A stretch of 64,000 nucleotides of DNA from an uncultured Verrucomicrobiae bacterium (GCA_963788655.1 CAWBHS010000049.1:32001-96000), one strand, 5' to 3'. Shown: positions 53,205 through 63,512, counted from the stretch's first letter. A program made the numbers and translations. The notes: generated by a model not told the origin, from the letters alone.

Positions 53205-54172
53205 ATGAGATTGGCACGAATCAAAGTTCACGGGCGAAGTGCGGTGTATCACTGCATGTCGCGAGTGGTGGCTGGACAAGCCTTGCTGGATGACCTCGGC
53301 AAGGAGCAGCTCGTTCAAATCCTCTTTACGCTCGCCACTTTCTGCGGGATTGAGGTCATTACTTACTGCATGATGTCCAATCACTTCCATATCCTCGTCC
53401 GGTACCGGAGAAGCAGAATCCATCCGACCAGGAATTGGTCGAACGAATGGAGGCATTGTACGGCCCGAAAGGCACTTTGGTGCAACTCGCCAAGAAAGGG
53501 CTGGCAAATCACGGCTGCGTGGACCAAGACATCCGAGAAGGAATGTTGGAGCGGATGGGGGACGTATCGGCGTTCATGAAGGAACTCAAACAGCGGTTCA
53601 GCCGCTGGTATAACCGACAGACCGGACGTTTCGGCACCCTGTGGGCCGAGCGGTTCAAAAGCGTTTTGGTAGAGGATCAGCCCAGCGTCGTCGAAACCCT
53701 GGCCGCCTACATTGACTTGAATCCAGTGCGCGCCGGATTGGTGAATGATCCCAAGGATTATCGTTTCTGCGGCTATGCGGAAGCCTTGGCGGGAAATAAA
53801 GCGGCGCAGGCAGGTTTGCTGAGTTTTCAAAAGTCCAAAGAATGGAAACAGGCCAGCGCCGAGTATCGGCAGCGATTGTTTGTGGGAGCCGGTACGGCAG
53901 GACGAAGTGATAAAGCGTTGCTGGACCGGGAACAAATCAAGCGCGTGTTGGCCCAAGGCGGAGAATTGAGCTCAGCGCAGATCCTGCGGTTACGCCTTCG
54001 TCATCTGACGGATGGGGCGGTACTGGGCTCGAAGTCGTTTGTGAACGAGATTTTCGCATTACACCGGGAAAGATTTGGCGCAAAGCGGCGGAGTGGGGCA
54101 CGACCGATTCGGGGAGTGCCATTGGCGCACCTGAGCGTTTTGCGTGATCTGCGCGTTGGCGCGATCACATAG
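53205..54172 (+). mobile_element. Y1/HUH (IS200/RAYT superfamily) transposase, long form (frameshift ~53401)
   Basis: VYHCMSRVV, YCMMSNHFHILV, FMKELKQRFSRWYN, GTLWAERFKS, YIDLNPVRAGLV..PKDYRFCG; TTGACA at 53164. Confidence 0.88.
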
Positions 54173-54330
54173 GTCGAGGCGAGCAAGGCGGAGCGCGCCG
54201 CTACTCTCGGATTTGGCCGGATTTCGTGGTTCATACTTGGGCCTTCTTGGTTCGTCGTCCTTCGCTCATCCTACTACATCCTCTGCACATCCTCTACAGA
54301 TACCAGATACCAGATGCTGGATGCCGGCGG

Positions 54331-54510
54331 GTAGGGCGAGACTCCCGTCGAGCCCAAACTTCTCCTCATCATTGCCAATCATCCAAGACCATGAGCGCGG
54401 GAAGTGTTGGTATTTCAAACGTCAGGGATCTCTCAGGTTCAAGCCATACGTATTGGAAATGAGCGTGGAGAATCAGGGAGAAATCAGGGCTCGACGGAGT
54501 CTCGCCCTAC
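54331..54510. repeat. REPIN-like hairpin element, copy 1
   Basis: GTAGGGCGAGACTCCCGTCGAGCCC ... GGGCTCGACGGAGTCTCGCCCTAC with a conserved core. Confidence 0.9.
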
Positions 54511-54577
54511 CGGCACCCGGAGGAAAATGAGATGCCGGATGCCGGATACCGGACGGCGGATTTTAAAACAATAATGC

Positions 54578-54615
54578 TTGGCAGAATGATATGTCAGGCA
54601 TAGTTTGTCTGACAT
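54578..54615 (+). promoter_or_regulatory. TA promoter and operator
   Basis: TTGGCA-N17-TAGTTT overlapped by the inverted repeat ATGTCAGGCA..TGTCTGACAT. Confidence 0.6.
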
Positions 54616-54889
54616 GAAAACGCTTACCATGCGAGATTTGAACCGGAAGACAGCGGGGGTGCTGGACGCACTGGAGCGGGGCGAGACTTTTGAACTGCAC
54701 CGGAACGGCAAAGTCATTGGCTATCTGACGCACACCGCGCCGCCTCCGGAACGGAAACCCGATTGGCAAGCCCACCTTGATTGGCTGAAGCGGCAGCCGA
54801 AAGGGCGCGGCAAGCATTTGGTGGCTGAGTTTGAAGCCGACCGCCAGCGTCTCCGCGCTCGTGAAGAGGGAGTGGGTGGCGTCCAATGA
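54614..54889 (+). CDS. Phd/YefM-type antitoxin
   Basis: MKTLTMRDLNRKTAGVLDALERGETFELHRNGKVIGYL. Confidence 0.85.
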   Translation: MKTLTMRDLNRKTAGVLDALERGETFELHRNGKVIGYLTHTAPPPERKPDWQAHLDWLKRQPKGRGKHLVAEFEADRQRLRAREEGVGGVQ

Positions 54890-55359
54890 AATTCGCGGCC
54901 GACTCCAGTGTCCTGGTCCGATTATACCTCGACGCCACCAAAGCGGACGCCATTGCACGTTTTCTGGCGGATGCCGCCAGCGTGGTCAGTGTTTCCGACC
55001 TGGCGCGAATCGAAGTGCTGAACGTGCTGCTGCGAGACCCGGAACTGGGTGCGGCCGCCAAGTTTGAAGAGGACCTGGCCGAAGGGATTCGCCTGCGCTC
55101 AGAACCGGTGGTTTGGCCGGACGTTTTTCAGCAAGCCGAGAGCCTGGCGAGGCGATTTACGCGCACGCTCCGTCCGGGCGGGCACGACTTGGTGCTGGTG
55201 GCGGCCGCAGTGGTGATGGGGGCCACTTGGTTTCTGTCCTTCGACCGGAATTCGCGCCAACGTCCGCTAGCTGGCGCCGCCGGACTGCACGTTTGGCCGG
55301 CACTGGACAAAGATGAGAAGGGCTTGATCCGGCACGCCTCGCGGCAGGCAACGAGCTGA
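54886..55359 (+). CDS. vapC: VapC/PIN toxin
   Basis: ADSSVLV, EVLN, HDLVLVAAA, FLSFD; ATGA overlap with the antitoxin. Confidence 0.87.
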   Translation: MKFAADSSVLVRLYLDATKADAIARFLADAASVVSVSDLARIEVLNVLLRDPELGAAAKFEEDLAEGIRLRSEPVVWPDVFQQAESLARRFTRTLRPGGHDLVLVAAAVVMGATWFLSFDRNSRQRPLAGAAGLHVWPALDKDEKGLIRHASRQATS

Positions 55360-55424
55360 CGTGGGGGCGAGGTGGGTTGATGCCGGATAGCGGGTGCCGG
55401 ATGCCAGTTGGCGGGTGGCGGCGG

Positions 55425-55594
55425 GTGGGGCGAGACTCCGTCGAGCCCAAACTTCACCTCATCGTTGCCAACCTTCCGAGACCGTGAGCGCGGGAGGTGT
55501 TCGCGTTTCAAACGTCAGGGATCTCTGGGGTTCACGCCAAACGTATTGGGAATGAGCGCAGGAGAAATCAGGGCTCGACGGAGTCTCGCCCCAC
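55425..55594. repeat. REPIN-like hairpin element, copy 2
   Basis: GTGGGGCGAGACTCCGTCGAGCCC ... GGGCTCGACGGAGTCTCGCCCCAC. Confidence 0.9.
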
Positions 55595-55639
55595 CGGCGA
55601 ATGGAGGCTGATGAGCGAAGGAAACGACTCGCACCGTCA

Positions 55640-55677
55640 TTGACAACCTGAAGTTGGTGAATCAAGATTTGATTCAC
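55640..55677 (+). promoter_or_regulatory. TA promoter and operator
   Basis: TTGACA at 55640; perfect palindrome GTGAATCAA-GAT-TTGATTCAC (55657-55677) just before ATG 55679. Confidence 0.7.
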
Positions 55678-55678
55678 G

Positions 55679-55936
55679 ATGAAGACAGCAAGCATTCGCG
55701 ATTTGCGAACCCGGTTTCCGATGTTGGAGGCCTGGCTGAAGAACGGCGAGCAAATCGAGATCACCAAGCGCGGCGAACCGGTGGCCCGGCTGGTTCCGTC
55801 GGCCCGAGGGAAAAAATCCAAGTTGGTCAAACCGGACATCATGGCGCGGTTGAAGATGACGTGGGGAGATCGCGTATTTTCCACCGCCGAAGTGGCCGAA
55901 ATGCGAGCCGCGGAAGGGGAGGGTGAGGAAGGATGA
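55679..55936 (+). CDS. Phd/YefM-type antitoxin
   Basis: MKTASIRDLRTRF...GEQIEITKRGEPVARLVP. Confidence 0.88.
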   Translation: MKTASIRDLRTRFPMLEAWLKNGEQIEITKRGEPVARLVPSARGKKSKLVKPDIMARLKMTWGDRVFSTAEVAEMRAAEGEGEEG

Positions 55937-56384
55937 TTGCCTTTCCGGACACTTCCTTTCTGTGTGCCCTCTATCGCCAACAAAGCAATTCCCGCCTGGC
56001 GGCAAATCATTTCGCCGCCATGACTGAACGACTCCACGTCTCGGCGCTGCTGCTTTTCGAATTTCGACAATCGATTCGGTTTCAGATTTTCCGCCACCAA
56101 CAGAAACCCACGGTCGGATTCGCACAAGGAGAAGGGACCAAGGCCCTGGCCGATCTGCAATCGGACTTGGCTGGTGGTGCTGTGGTTGTGGCCGCAGTGG
56201 ACTGGACAGATGTGCTGGCGCTTGCGGAGAGGCTTTCCGCGCAGCACACGTCGGCGCTGGTCACCGGAGCCTGGATATTCTGCACGTGGCGACAGCGTTG
56301 CACCTGGGCGCGCGAGAATTGCTCAGTTTCGACGCCAACCAACGACGGCTGGCCACCGCGGAAGGGTTGGTGGTCAAGCCTTGA
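55933..56384 (+). CDS. vapC: VapC/PIN toxin (frameshift ~56260)
   Basis: PDTSFLCALY, FEFRQS; restoring one G gives GHRSLDILHVATALHLGARELLSFDANQRRLATAEGLVVKP*. Confidence 0.85.
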
Positions 56385-56550
56385 AATGCGGCGTTTGACA
56401 CAACGGCCAGATAGCTTTCCAAAACGCCGGGTTGCAACGGGAAGGGCTTTGTACAGCACGCTTCGGAACAGGAAACGGGCTGACGAGGATTACGTGAGAT
56501 GCTGGATATCGGCTGCTGCACACCGGATTCCGGATGGCAGATGCCGGCAG

Positions 56551-56723
56551 GTAGGGCGAGACTCCGTCGAGCCGAAATTGTTCCTCATCATTGCCATACC
56601 ATCCGAAACCGTGAGCGGCGGGAGGTGTTCGCGTTTCAAACGTCAGGGATCTCCCAGGTTCACGCCAAACGTATTGGGGATAAAGCGTAGGAGAAATCAG
56701 GGCTCGACGGAGTCTCGCCCTAC
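56551..56723. repeat. REPIN-like hairpin element, copy 3
   Basis: GTAGGGCGAGACTCCGTCGAGCC ... GGCTCGACGGAGTCTCGCCCTAC. Confidence 0.9.
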
Positions 56724-56810
56724 CGAAGTCTTTATGGTGGTGCAATCGCCTCGCCATTCCCATCTGGTATCCAGTATCTGGCATCTGGCATCAGCATCCG
56801 ATATTCGTCC

Positions 56811-59800
56811 CTACTTCAGCTCCGCCAGAATCTTCTTGGCGTCGGCCACGTAGGGAGCGTTGGCATTCAGGGCCACTGCCTTTTGCAGGGCGGCTTTGCT
56901 GTCGGAGGACTGTTTGAGTTGGTAATGGGCCATCCCCAGGTAGTACTGCAGTTCGCCGTCGGTGCCGCGTTGCACGGCGGCTTGCTTCAGCAACTGGGCG
57001 GCGCGTTGGTAATCTTTGCGCTGATAGACGGCGAGGCCCAGGGCTTTGGCCACTTCCGCGTCGCCGGGGTAGGCTTCGCGGGCTTTGGAGGCATGCTCGA
57101 AAACCTTGTCGTAGTCCACTGGCGGTTGGAGGTAAAGCAAGGCCAGTTGCTTGTTGGCCGGGGTGAACAATGGGAAACGCGCCAGCGCCTGCGCACAGGC
57201 TTGTTTGGCGGCGTCCAGGTTGCCCTGCTGCCGGTAAATCGTCGCAGCCGCCATCAGCGCCGGGACATAATCGGGTTGCTCGTTGAGCGTGGCCTGCACT
57301 TGAGTCTGGCCCGCCACAGCTTTAGTAGCGTCGGCTGCAAATTCGTTCATCAACAGAAAGCGTTTGGCGCTTTCAGCACGCCCAAAGTCCGGTTTGGTTT
57401 CCAGGGCACTTTGCATCCGGGTGATGGCATCGGCCACCTGTCCGACGCTGTAGTGGGCCATGGCCAGGTCATACAACATGCCCGGGTTGCCGGTGAGTTT
57501 TAGCGAGCTTTCTTGGAGCAGACTGAGCGCCCACTTGTAATCCTGCGCCAAATACGCCAGGCGGCCCAGGACATAGGCCACGTTGGGATCGTCCGGCGCC
57601 AGATCACGGGCGGTTTTCGCCAGTTCCAACGCTTTCTTCGGATCCTTGAGCGGTTGGGCGTACAACCTCGCGAGTCGCATAACTACTGCCACGGCTTTCG
57701 GATTGGCCTTCAGGGTCGTTTCGTAAGCCGTGCGGGCTTTGTCCCAGTCACTGGCTTTCTCGTAAATGGCCCCCAAGCGCAGGGCCGCAGCCGGGTCGGC
57801 GGGTTGTTCCTTGAGCATCTGCTCCAGCAGGGCTGCGGATTGGGGATCGGGCGCATTGGCATCGAGGGCGAGCACTTGCAAACGCTTCTGAGCATCGGCC
57901 TTGCCTTTGATCTCCGGCGACGCTTGGACGGCTTTTTGCAGAGCGGTTTGCGCAGCCTTTTCCTGGCCGGCCATATACAGCGCCATGCCCAGGTGGAATT
58001 GCACCTCTGGTTCCTTTGCCAGCTTTTGTGCGCTCTCCCGCAGTAACGTCACCGCCGCCGGATAATCACCACGCTGGTAATACAACCACCCGAGCGTGTC
58101 GGCCAATGCAGTGTCGTTGGGGTTTTGCTTGCGGGCGTCCTGGGCCAGTTCAAAGGCCTTGTTCGGTTCGTTCAAATGTTCCGAGAGCAGATAGGCCAGG
58201 TTGTTTTGGACGGAGCTCATGTTGGGATTGATCGCCAGCATGGCCTCATAGGTCTTTCTGGCCTCGGCGAACTGTTTGAGCCGTTCCTGGATCAACGCTT
58301 TCCAAAGCATTGCGTCCAGATCTTTGGAGTTCTGAGCCAACCGGGCGTCCAAGGCGGCCATGGCTTTTTGATCCTGGCCGGCTTTCATATAAAGTCCGGC
58401 GAGCTTTGTGTGCGCTGCAGAAAGCTCGGGATTCAATTCGATGGTCTTTTTGAGAGCAGCCTCCATTTCCTGGTTCTTGCCGGCGGCCTCGTAAACATTG
58501 GCGAGCATCCAAATTAGGTCAGCGGACTTGGGCTGTTTGGCCAGGTGGCTTTGGAGGCGTTGGATGGCCGCGTCGTAATTTTTTTCATCCACGTCCATAC
58601 CCGCCAATTGATTGAGCGCCGGCAGGAAGTCGGGCGAGAGTTTCAGTGCCTGTTCGAACGTTTGCCGGGCCTGCGATTTGAAGTTGGCTGCCTGGGGCGA
58701 CCCTTCGACCGCCTTGGCTTTCTGCCGCAGCACCACTCCGGCCAGCAGCGGCACTCTGGCGTCCTTAAGACCCCGGTCCATTAGATTGCGACAAAGGGCC
58801 AGCGCTTCATCGAACCGGTCCATGGATTGGTACGCCTGGGCCAGCAGAAACTGGGCGCGGGGCGCGTTGGGATTATTCTTCAGGAACTCCACCATCAGCG
58901 TGACAGCGGACGCGGGGTCTTTGGTGCGATTCTCCAACTCGGCCAGCAAATAGACCGCATCGGCATAATTCGGGTACATGGCGACAAGCTGCTTCAGGTC
59001 ACGGATGCTTTTGTCCACTTCATTGGCTACCAGGTAGGCGACGGCCCGATGGTAAAAGGCCATCACCGCCCCCGGGTATGTTTCCAGCAATTTGCTCAGT
59101 TGGTCGATGGCTTCTTTGGTTTTGCCTTCCGCCAGCTTGAGCCGTGAATTGAGCATCATGGCCTCGAGATTGATCGAGTCCTGCCGCAACACGTTGTCCA
59201 CCCACTTCGCGCACTCGGTGTAGTTGGTTTCAGACAAATAGGCGTTGGCCAACTGGTTGATGGCCGGCAGGTAATCCGGCACCTTGTCCACGATCTCTTG
59301 GAGCACCTGCTTGCCGCCTTCCATGTCGCCCGAAATGATTTTGTATTGGGCGTAGTTCAACCGTTGCGGGGAGCGATACGGCGTCAATGCTTCGGCCGCT
59401 TTGAATTCTTCATCCGCCTTGACTTGGTTGGTTTGCGACAGATACACGCTGCCCGCGCCCCAATGGGCGGCGGCGGATTTGGGGTCCAATTTCAACGCTT
59501 GTTGATAGGCAGCGCCGGCTTGGGTGAAGTCTCGCGTTTTGTAGTAGAGTTTGCCGAGCGCGACTCTGAAAAGCGGCGGTGTTCTCGGCTTGCGGCCGAA
59601 GGGCTTCCAGTCGTTGCTTGACCAATTCGAGGTGTTGGTGCTGTAGATCGTGTCGGGCAACAATTCGAAGCGCCTCCGGCTGGGTCGGCTGTTTTTGCAG
59701 GACATAATCCACTTCGTTGAAGGCATTGGTGAACTCGCGGTTGGCCAAGTACACTTGGGCCAGCTTCACCCGCGTTTCCAAGTCATCCGGCGTCAGTTCC

Positions 59801-60084
59801 TTGGCCTTGGCGAGAAAGGCGTAGGCCTTGGTGATCTTGCCTTGGGCTTCGTACATGATGCCCAGGTTGCGAATGACCTCGGGGATTTCCTTGTTCGCCA
59901 ACCGGAGCAGGTTGATGTATTCCAGTTCCGCCTTGTTGTATTCGCCGTCCTGGAAATACTTGTCCGCCCGCTCGCGGAAGCGAGCCATCTTGGCTTCGCG
60001 CGATTTGCACCCGGCACCCGCCAGCCACAGCAGGCTCAAGGTGAGAACCAGAATTAATGGACGCTGAAAAGCAATCGTTTTCAT
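56811..60084 (-). CDS. Large TPR lipoprotein (PrsT-like; frameshifts ~59570-59675)
   Basis: LAGAGC lipobox, continuous TPR motifs, NNLAYLL, DTLGWLYY; ORFs 59410..60111 and 56811..59726 join. Confidence 0.87.
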
Positions 60085-60479
60085 GTTGCTTGAGATTTTT
60101 CCTGTTTTCATTGTTCACTGCCTCGTAAGCAGCGGTGTATCACCAGACCCAACATTGAGCCCCAATTGGCAGCATAGGTATCGGCACCAGGAATTCAACC
60201 AAATTTGTTGAGGGCTGTCGAGCAGCAAAGAAAACGAAGCAGTAAATGCATATAGGCGATGACGGAATACCGGAGTCATCCGTTTGCCATGCAATACCCA
60301 CGCCCAGCATCAGGCTCTTCGACGGTTGCCATTATCCGCAGGCCCGAGGGCGGTTTGAGCAGTCTGCCGATTGGGAAGTTTGCGACACGTCAGGTTTGGA
60401 GATCGGCGCAATGATTTCCGCATGTGAGCCCCAAGTGCAGTCTTGGCAGGAAGACTATTTTCAATCCACACTGCGCCCG

Positions 60480-63400
60480 ATGAAGCTTGCCACGTTCACC
60501 ACGGTTGCCGTCCTGCTGTTAAACGCCTTCACGGTAATTCCCGCTGATGCCGAGGATCCGTTTTCGGTGCCCGCGCCTTCCGGCGCGTTGTCTCTGATTC
60601 CGTGGCCGAAGTCGGTTGAAATGTTACCCGGCTCGGTTCTCCTCGACCCGCAAAGCCGGATTGTGGCCGGCGACGTTCAATTGCATCCGCTCGCGGAAAT
60701 CCTGGCCGAAGAAATCTTCCTGGCGACGGGCCTGAAGCTGGCCAGCACCGTAGCCCGCCCTGCTGCGGGGGACATCGTTCTGCAAATCGATCCGCGACTG
60801 AACGGTGAAGCCTACACGCTGAAAACCGGAACGTCCGTAGAGATCCGCGGCGGCAATTTTGGTGCCGTCGCCTGGGGTACGGTTACGTTGCTCCAGTTGT
60901 TGAGCGCCGAGAGCGACCAGGTTTCGCTCCCGCGTCTATCAGTGATCGACGCCCCGGCCACCGAGTTCCGCGGGTTGCTGGTGGATGTGGCGCGCCGGTA
61001 TCATTCGCTCGAGAGCCTCAAGCAGATGGTGCGGTTGTGCCGGCTGTACAAGATCCGCTATTTGCAACTGCACCTGACCGACGATCAGTCCTTCATGTTT
61101 CCGTCCCGCGCCTTTCCGCAACTGGCTACCAAGAATGAAAATGGAGGGAAGACCTATAACCTTGAGGAATTGAATGACTTGGTCACCTTCGCCGACGCGC
61201 GCAACGTGACGATTATTCCCGAATACGAAGTGCCCGGCCACTCCGCCGCCGCCAACCGCGCTATGCCCGATCTCTTCCTGATCAAGGGCACCAAGCCTTA
61301 CGTGCATCATGCCTCGATCAACTTCGCCAAACCCGAGGTGATGCAGGCGGTCGCCACCATCGTGGGCGAGATGTGCGAGGTGTTCCAGTCCAGTCCCTAT
61401 TTCCACATCGGCGGCGATGAGGCGGACCTGGCCTTTGCGAATCAGAACGAGGATTTCCAGGCGGCCTTCAGGAAATTCAACCTGCCCAATCAGCACCAGC
61501 TTTACCGAAAGTTCGTCGCCGACATGAACGAGATCGTAAAGAAGAACGGCAAGCAGATGATCGTCTGGGAAGGCTTTGGCCGCGAGCCCAAGTCACCGGT
61601 GCAAATTCCCAAGGACATCATCGTGATGGCCTACGAAATTCGTTTTTACATGCCGGACCAACTGGTGCAGGACGGTTACCCGGTGATCAACGCTTCCTGG
61701 ACGCCGCTGTATGTCGTCAATCGCGGGCGGCCGCCGGAGGAGATTTACGCCTGGCAATTGCGCCAATTCAAACCCTACGGTGCGAAACCAACCGACCACG
61801 GCGTGATCGTGCCACCGGACGCCCCGGTCTTCGGCGCCCAGATGTGCGCGTGGGAGCAACCCGAGGCGGTGGAACTACCCAACGAGCGCCTGCGCCTGGC
61901 CGCGATGAGTGAGCGGATTTGGAATCCCGCGGCGGGCAAAAGCTATTCCAACTTTGCGCGGCGCCTCGCGGTTACGGACAAACTGCTCGACCGGCTCGTG
62001 CATCGGTTCACCGTTCACGCGGATGGATTAATCCGTTTAGGTGAATATCGAGTTGACCAGCCGATCACGTTGACACTGGCCCTCGCTCCGGAGACGCACG
62101 GCACCCTCCGCTACACGCTGGATGGCCAAGCGCCCGGTCCCGGCTCGGCCGCCTACACCGGCCCGATTCACTTGACGACGACCACGGATTTCAAGGCGTG
62201 TGTCTTCGATGAGGCCAACCGACCGCTTGGCTATCCGCGGTCCACGCGTTACGAATTCCATCCCGTCCACGGCGAAGCACATGGGCTGTTCGCGGACAAT
62301 CGCGTTTCCGAGCCGCTCACGCTGACGTTGAAGTCCACCACGAATACTCAATACCTCCTGTTCAATCGCGCGCCGGGGCAGGGGATGAATCAAAGCATTC
62401 CGGCGACGCTCGGGCGTCAGCAGTTTGCGGACGTGCTGGCCCACTTCCCCAACCGTCCGACGGCGCGGATTCAGACGGGCCTGAGCTATGTCTTCTCCTG
62501 CTTCCGCACGCCTCCCGAAACCACCCTCGAGGCGCTGCGGATTTTTCTGGAGGCCGCCGAGCAGACGGACACACCGGTCCTGGTGCAAATCGATACGGAA
62601 CATTGGTGGGAAGCGCGGCCCGACCTTTGGAATTGGTGGGACCCAGCGCAGCCAGGTTACAACCCGGCCAACCGGGAAAATGTGGAATGGACCGCGTGGT
62701 CGCCCACCAACGCCCTCAAGCTTGCGTGGCGCAATTGGGGCCGGCAAATTCGGGTGCTGCCCCCGCCCAACCTGGCCAGCCCGCGCTACATGGCCGCGTG
62801 CCGGGAAGAAATCCGGCGATTGGTGTCCGACGTCATGGATTGGCAGGCGCGGTTGCCACCAAACAAGAAACACCTGCTCATCGGTATCAAGCTGGGCCAT
62901 GAAACCTCGATCGGCGTCAACTCCTACCATTATCCATCAGGTAACAATCTGCTCCCCCGGCCAGCCTCGGCCGACCCGGTGCGGGCGTTGAATACCGAGG
63001 ATGTTCTGGCCCGGGGAATGGCTCAGATCGGCTACGCCGCGCTGACTTCCTCCGGCATCCGGACCAACGGTGTGCCAACTGAGAGTGAACTGCGCGATGT
63101 GGCCCACCGCTACCTCGAAATGCTCTGTCGCACTGCGGCCCAGACCGGAGTGCCGCGGGAACGTCTCTTCGCCCACGGCGCCGGCTGGAAGGAAGGCGAG
63201 CTGATCTACGATGTGCCGGTCAATCGTTACGCGTGTCCCGGATGGAGTTTCTATAAACACGCTGCCGATCCGCGAAAGGACGCCGGGGTGCAGCGCAATC
63301 TGGCGAAATCTGATGCGCCTTACTGGGCGGCGACCGAATGGCTCTTTCAGGGCAAACGGAAGACTGCCGCCTGGCGGAACGCCCTGGCCAACACGTTGTC

Positions 63401-63512
63401 CGACCCGCGCTGCCGTTACGTCTGCGTTTTCAATTGGGAAAGCATCCGCTCCAGCGAGGCCGTCCTGAAAGCCATCACCGACCTGGTCGAAGCATCCACT
63501 CCTGGGAACTAA
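60480..63512 (+). CDS. GH20 beta-N-acetylhexosaminidase with FN3-associated domain, fused to an uncharacterised C-terminal domain
   Basis: LIPWP, FRGLLVDVAR, LHLTDDQ, IPEYEVPGH, FHIGGDE, RYTLDG; a further ~390 aa from ~62340. Confidence 0.88.
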   Translation: MKLATFTTVAVLLLNAFTVIPADAEDPFSVPAPSGALSLIPWPKSVEMLPGSVLLDPQSRIVAGDVQLHPLAEILAEEIFLATGLKLASTVARPAAGDIVLQIDPRLNGEAYTLKTGTSVEIRGGNFGAVAWGTVTLLQLLSAESDQVSLPRLSVIDAPATEFRGLLVDVARRYHSLESLKQMVRLCRLYKIRYLQLHLTDDQSFMFPSRAFPQLATKNENGGKTYNLEELNDLVTFADARNVTIIPEYEVPGHSAAANRAMPDLFLIKGTKPYVHHASINFAKPEVMQAVATIVGEMCEVFQSSPYFHIGGDEADLAFANQNEDFQAAFRKFNLPNQHQLYRKFVADMNEIVKKNGKQMIVWEGFGREPKSPVQIPKDIIVMAYEIRFYMPDQLVQDGYPVINASWTPLYVVNRGRPPEEIYAWQLRQFKPYGAKPTDHGVIVPPDAPVFGAQMCAWEQPEAVELPNERLRLAAMSERIWNPAAGKSYSNFARRLAVTDKLLDRLVHRFTVHADGLIRLGEYRVDQPITLTLALAPETHGTLRYTLDGQAPGPGSAAYTGPIHLTTTTDFKACVFDEANRPLGYPRSTRYEFHPVHGEAHGLFADNRVSEPLTLTLKSTTNTQYLLFNRAPGQGMNQSIPATLGRQQFADVLAHFPNRPTARIQTGLSYVFSCFRTPPETTLEALRIFLEAAEQTDTPVLVQIDTEHWWEARPDLWNWWDPAQPGYNPANRENVEWTAWSPTNALKLAWRNWGRQIRVLPPPNLASPRYMAACREEIRRLVSDVMDWQARLPPNKKHLLIGIKLGHETSIGVNSYHYPSGNNLLPRPASADPVRALNTEDVLARGMAQIGYAALTSSGIRTNGVPTESELRDVAHRYLEMLCRTAAQTGVPRERLFAHGAGWKEGELIYDVPVNRYACPGWSFYKHAADPRKDAGVQRNLAKSDAPYWAATEWLFQGKRKTAAWRNALANTLSDPRCRYVCVFNWESIRSSEAVLKAITDLVEASTPGN

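Noticed and set aside
53390..53410. Programmed frameshift in the Y1 transposase
   Set aside because: No slippery heptamer; a missing G in a short G run matches the indel pattern seen across the window.
54331..56723. CRISPR array or classical integron
   Set aside because: Repeats are ~175 bp with ~0.9-kb gene-bearing intervals, and there are no cas genes. Ends are GTRG/CYAC rather than attC RYYYAAC/GTTRRRY, and no IntI tyrosine recombinase is present.
56385..56853. 306-aa extended VapC
   Set aside because: Read-through caused by a 1-nt deletion at ~56260; the PIN domain ends at 56384.
52427..57452. Diversity-generating retroelement template/variable repeat pair
   Set aside because: No reverse transcriptase in the window, differences are not confined to adenines, and the repeat is much longer than a typical TR.
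60360..60410. Degenerate REP-like sequence upstream of the GH20 gene
   Set aside because: Too degraded, and no second copy in the window to support it.
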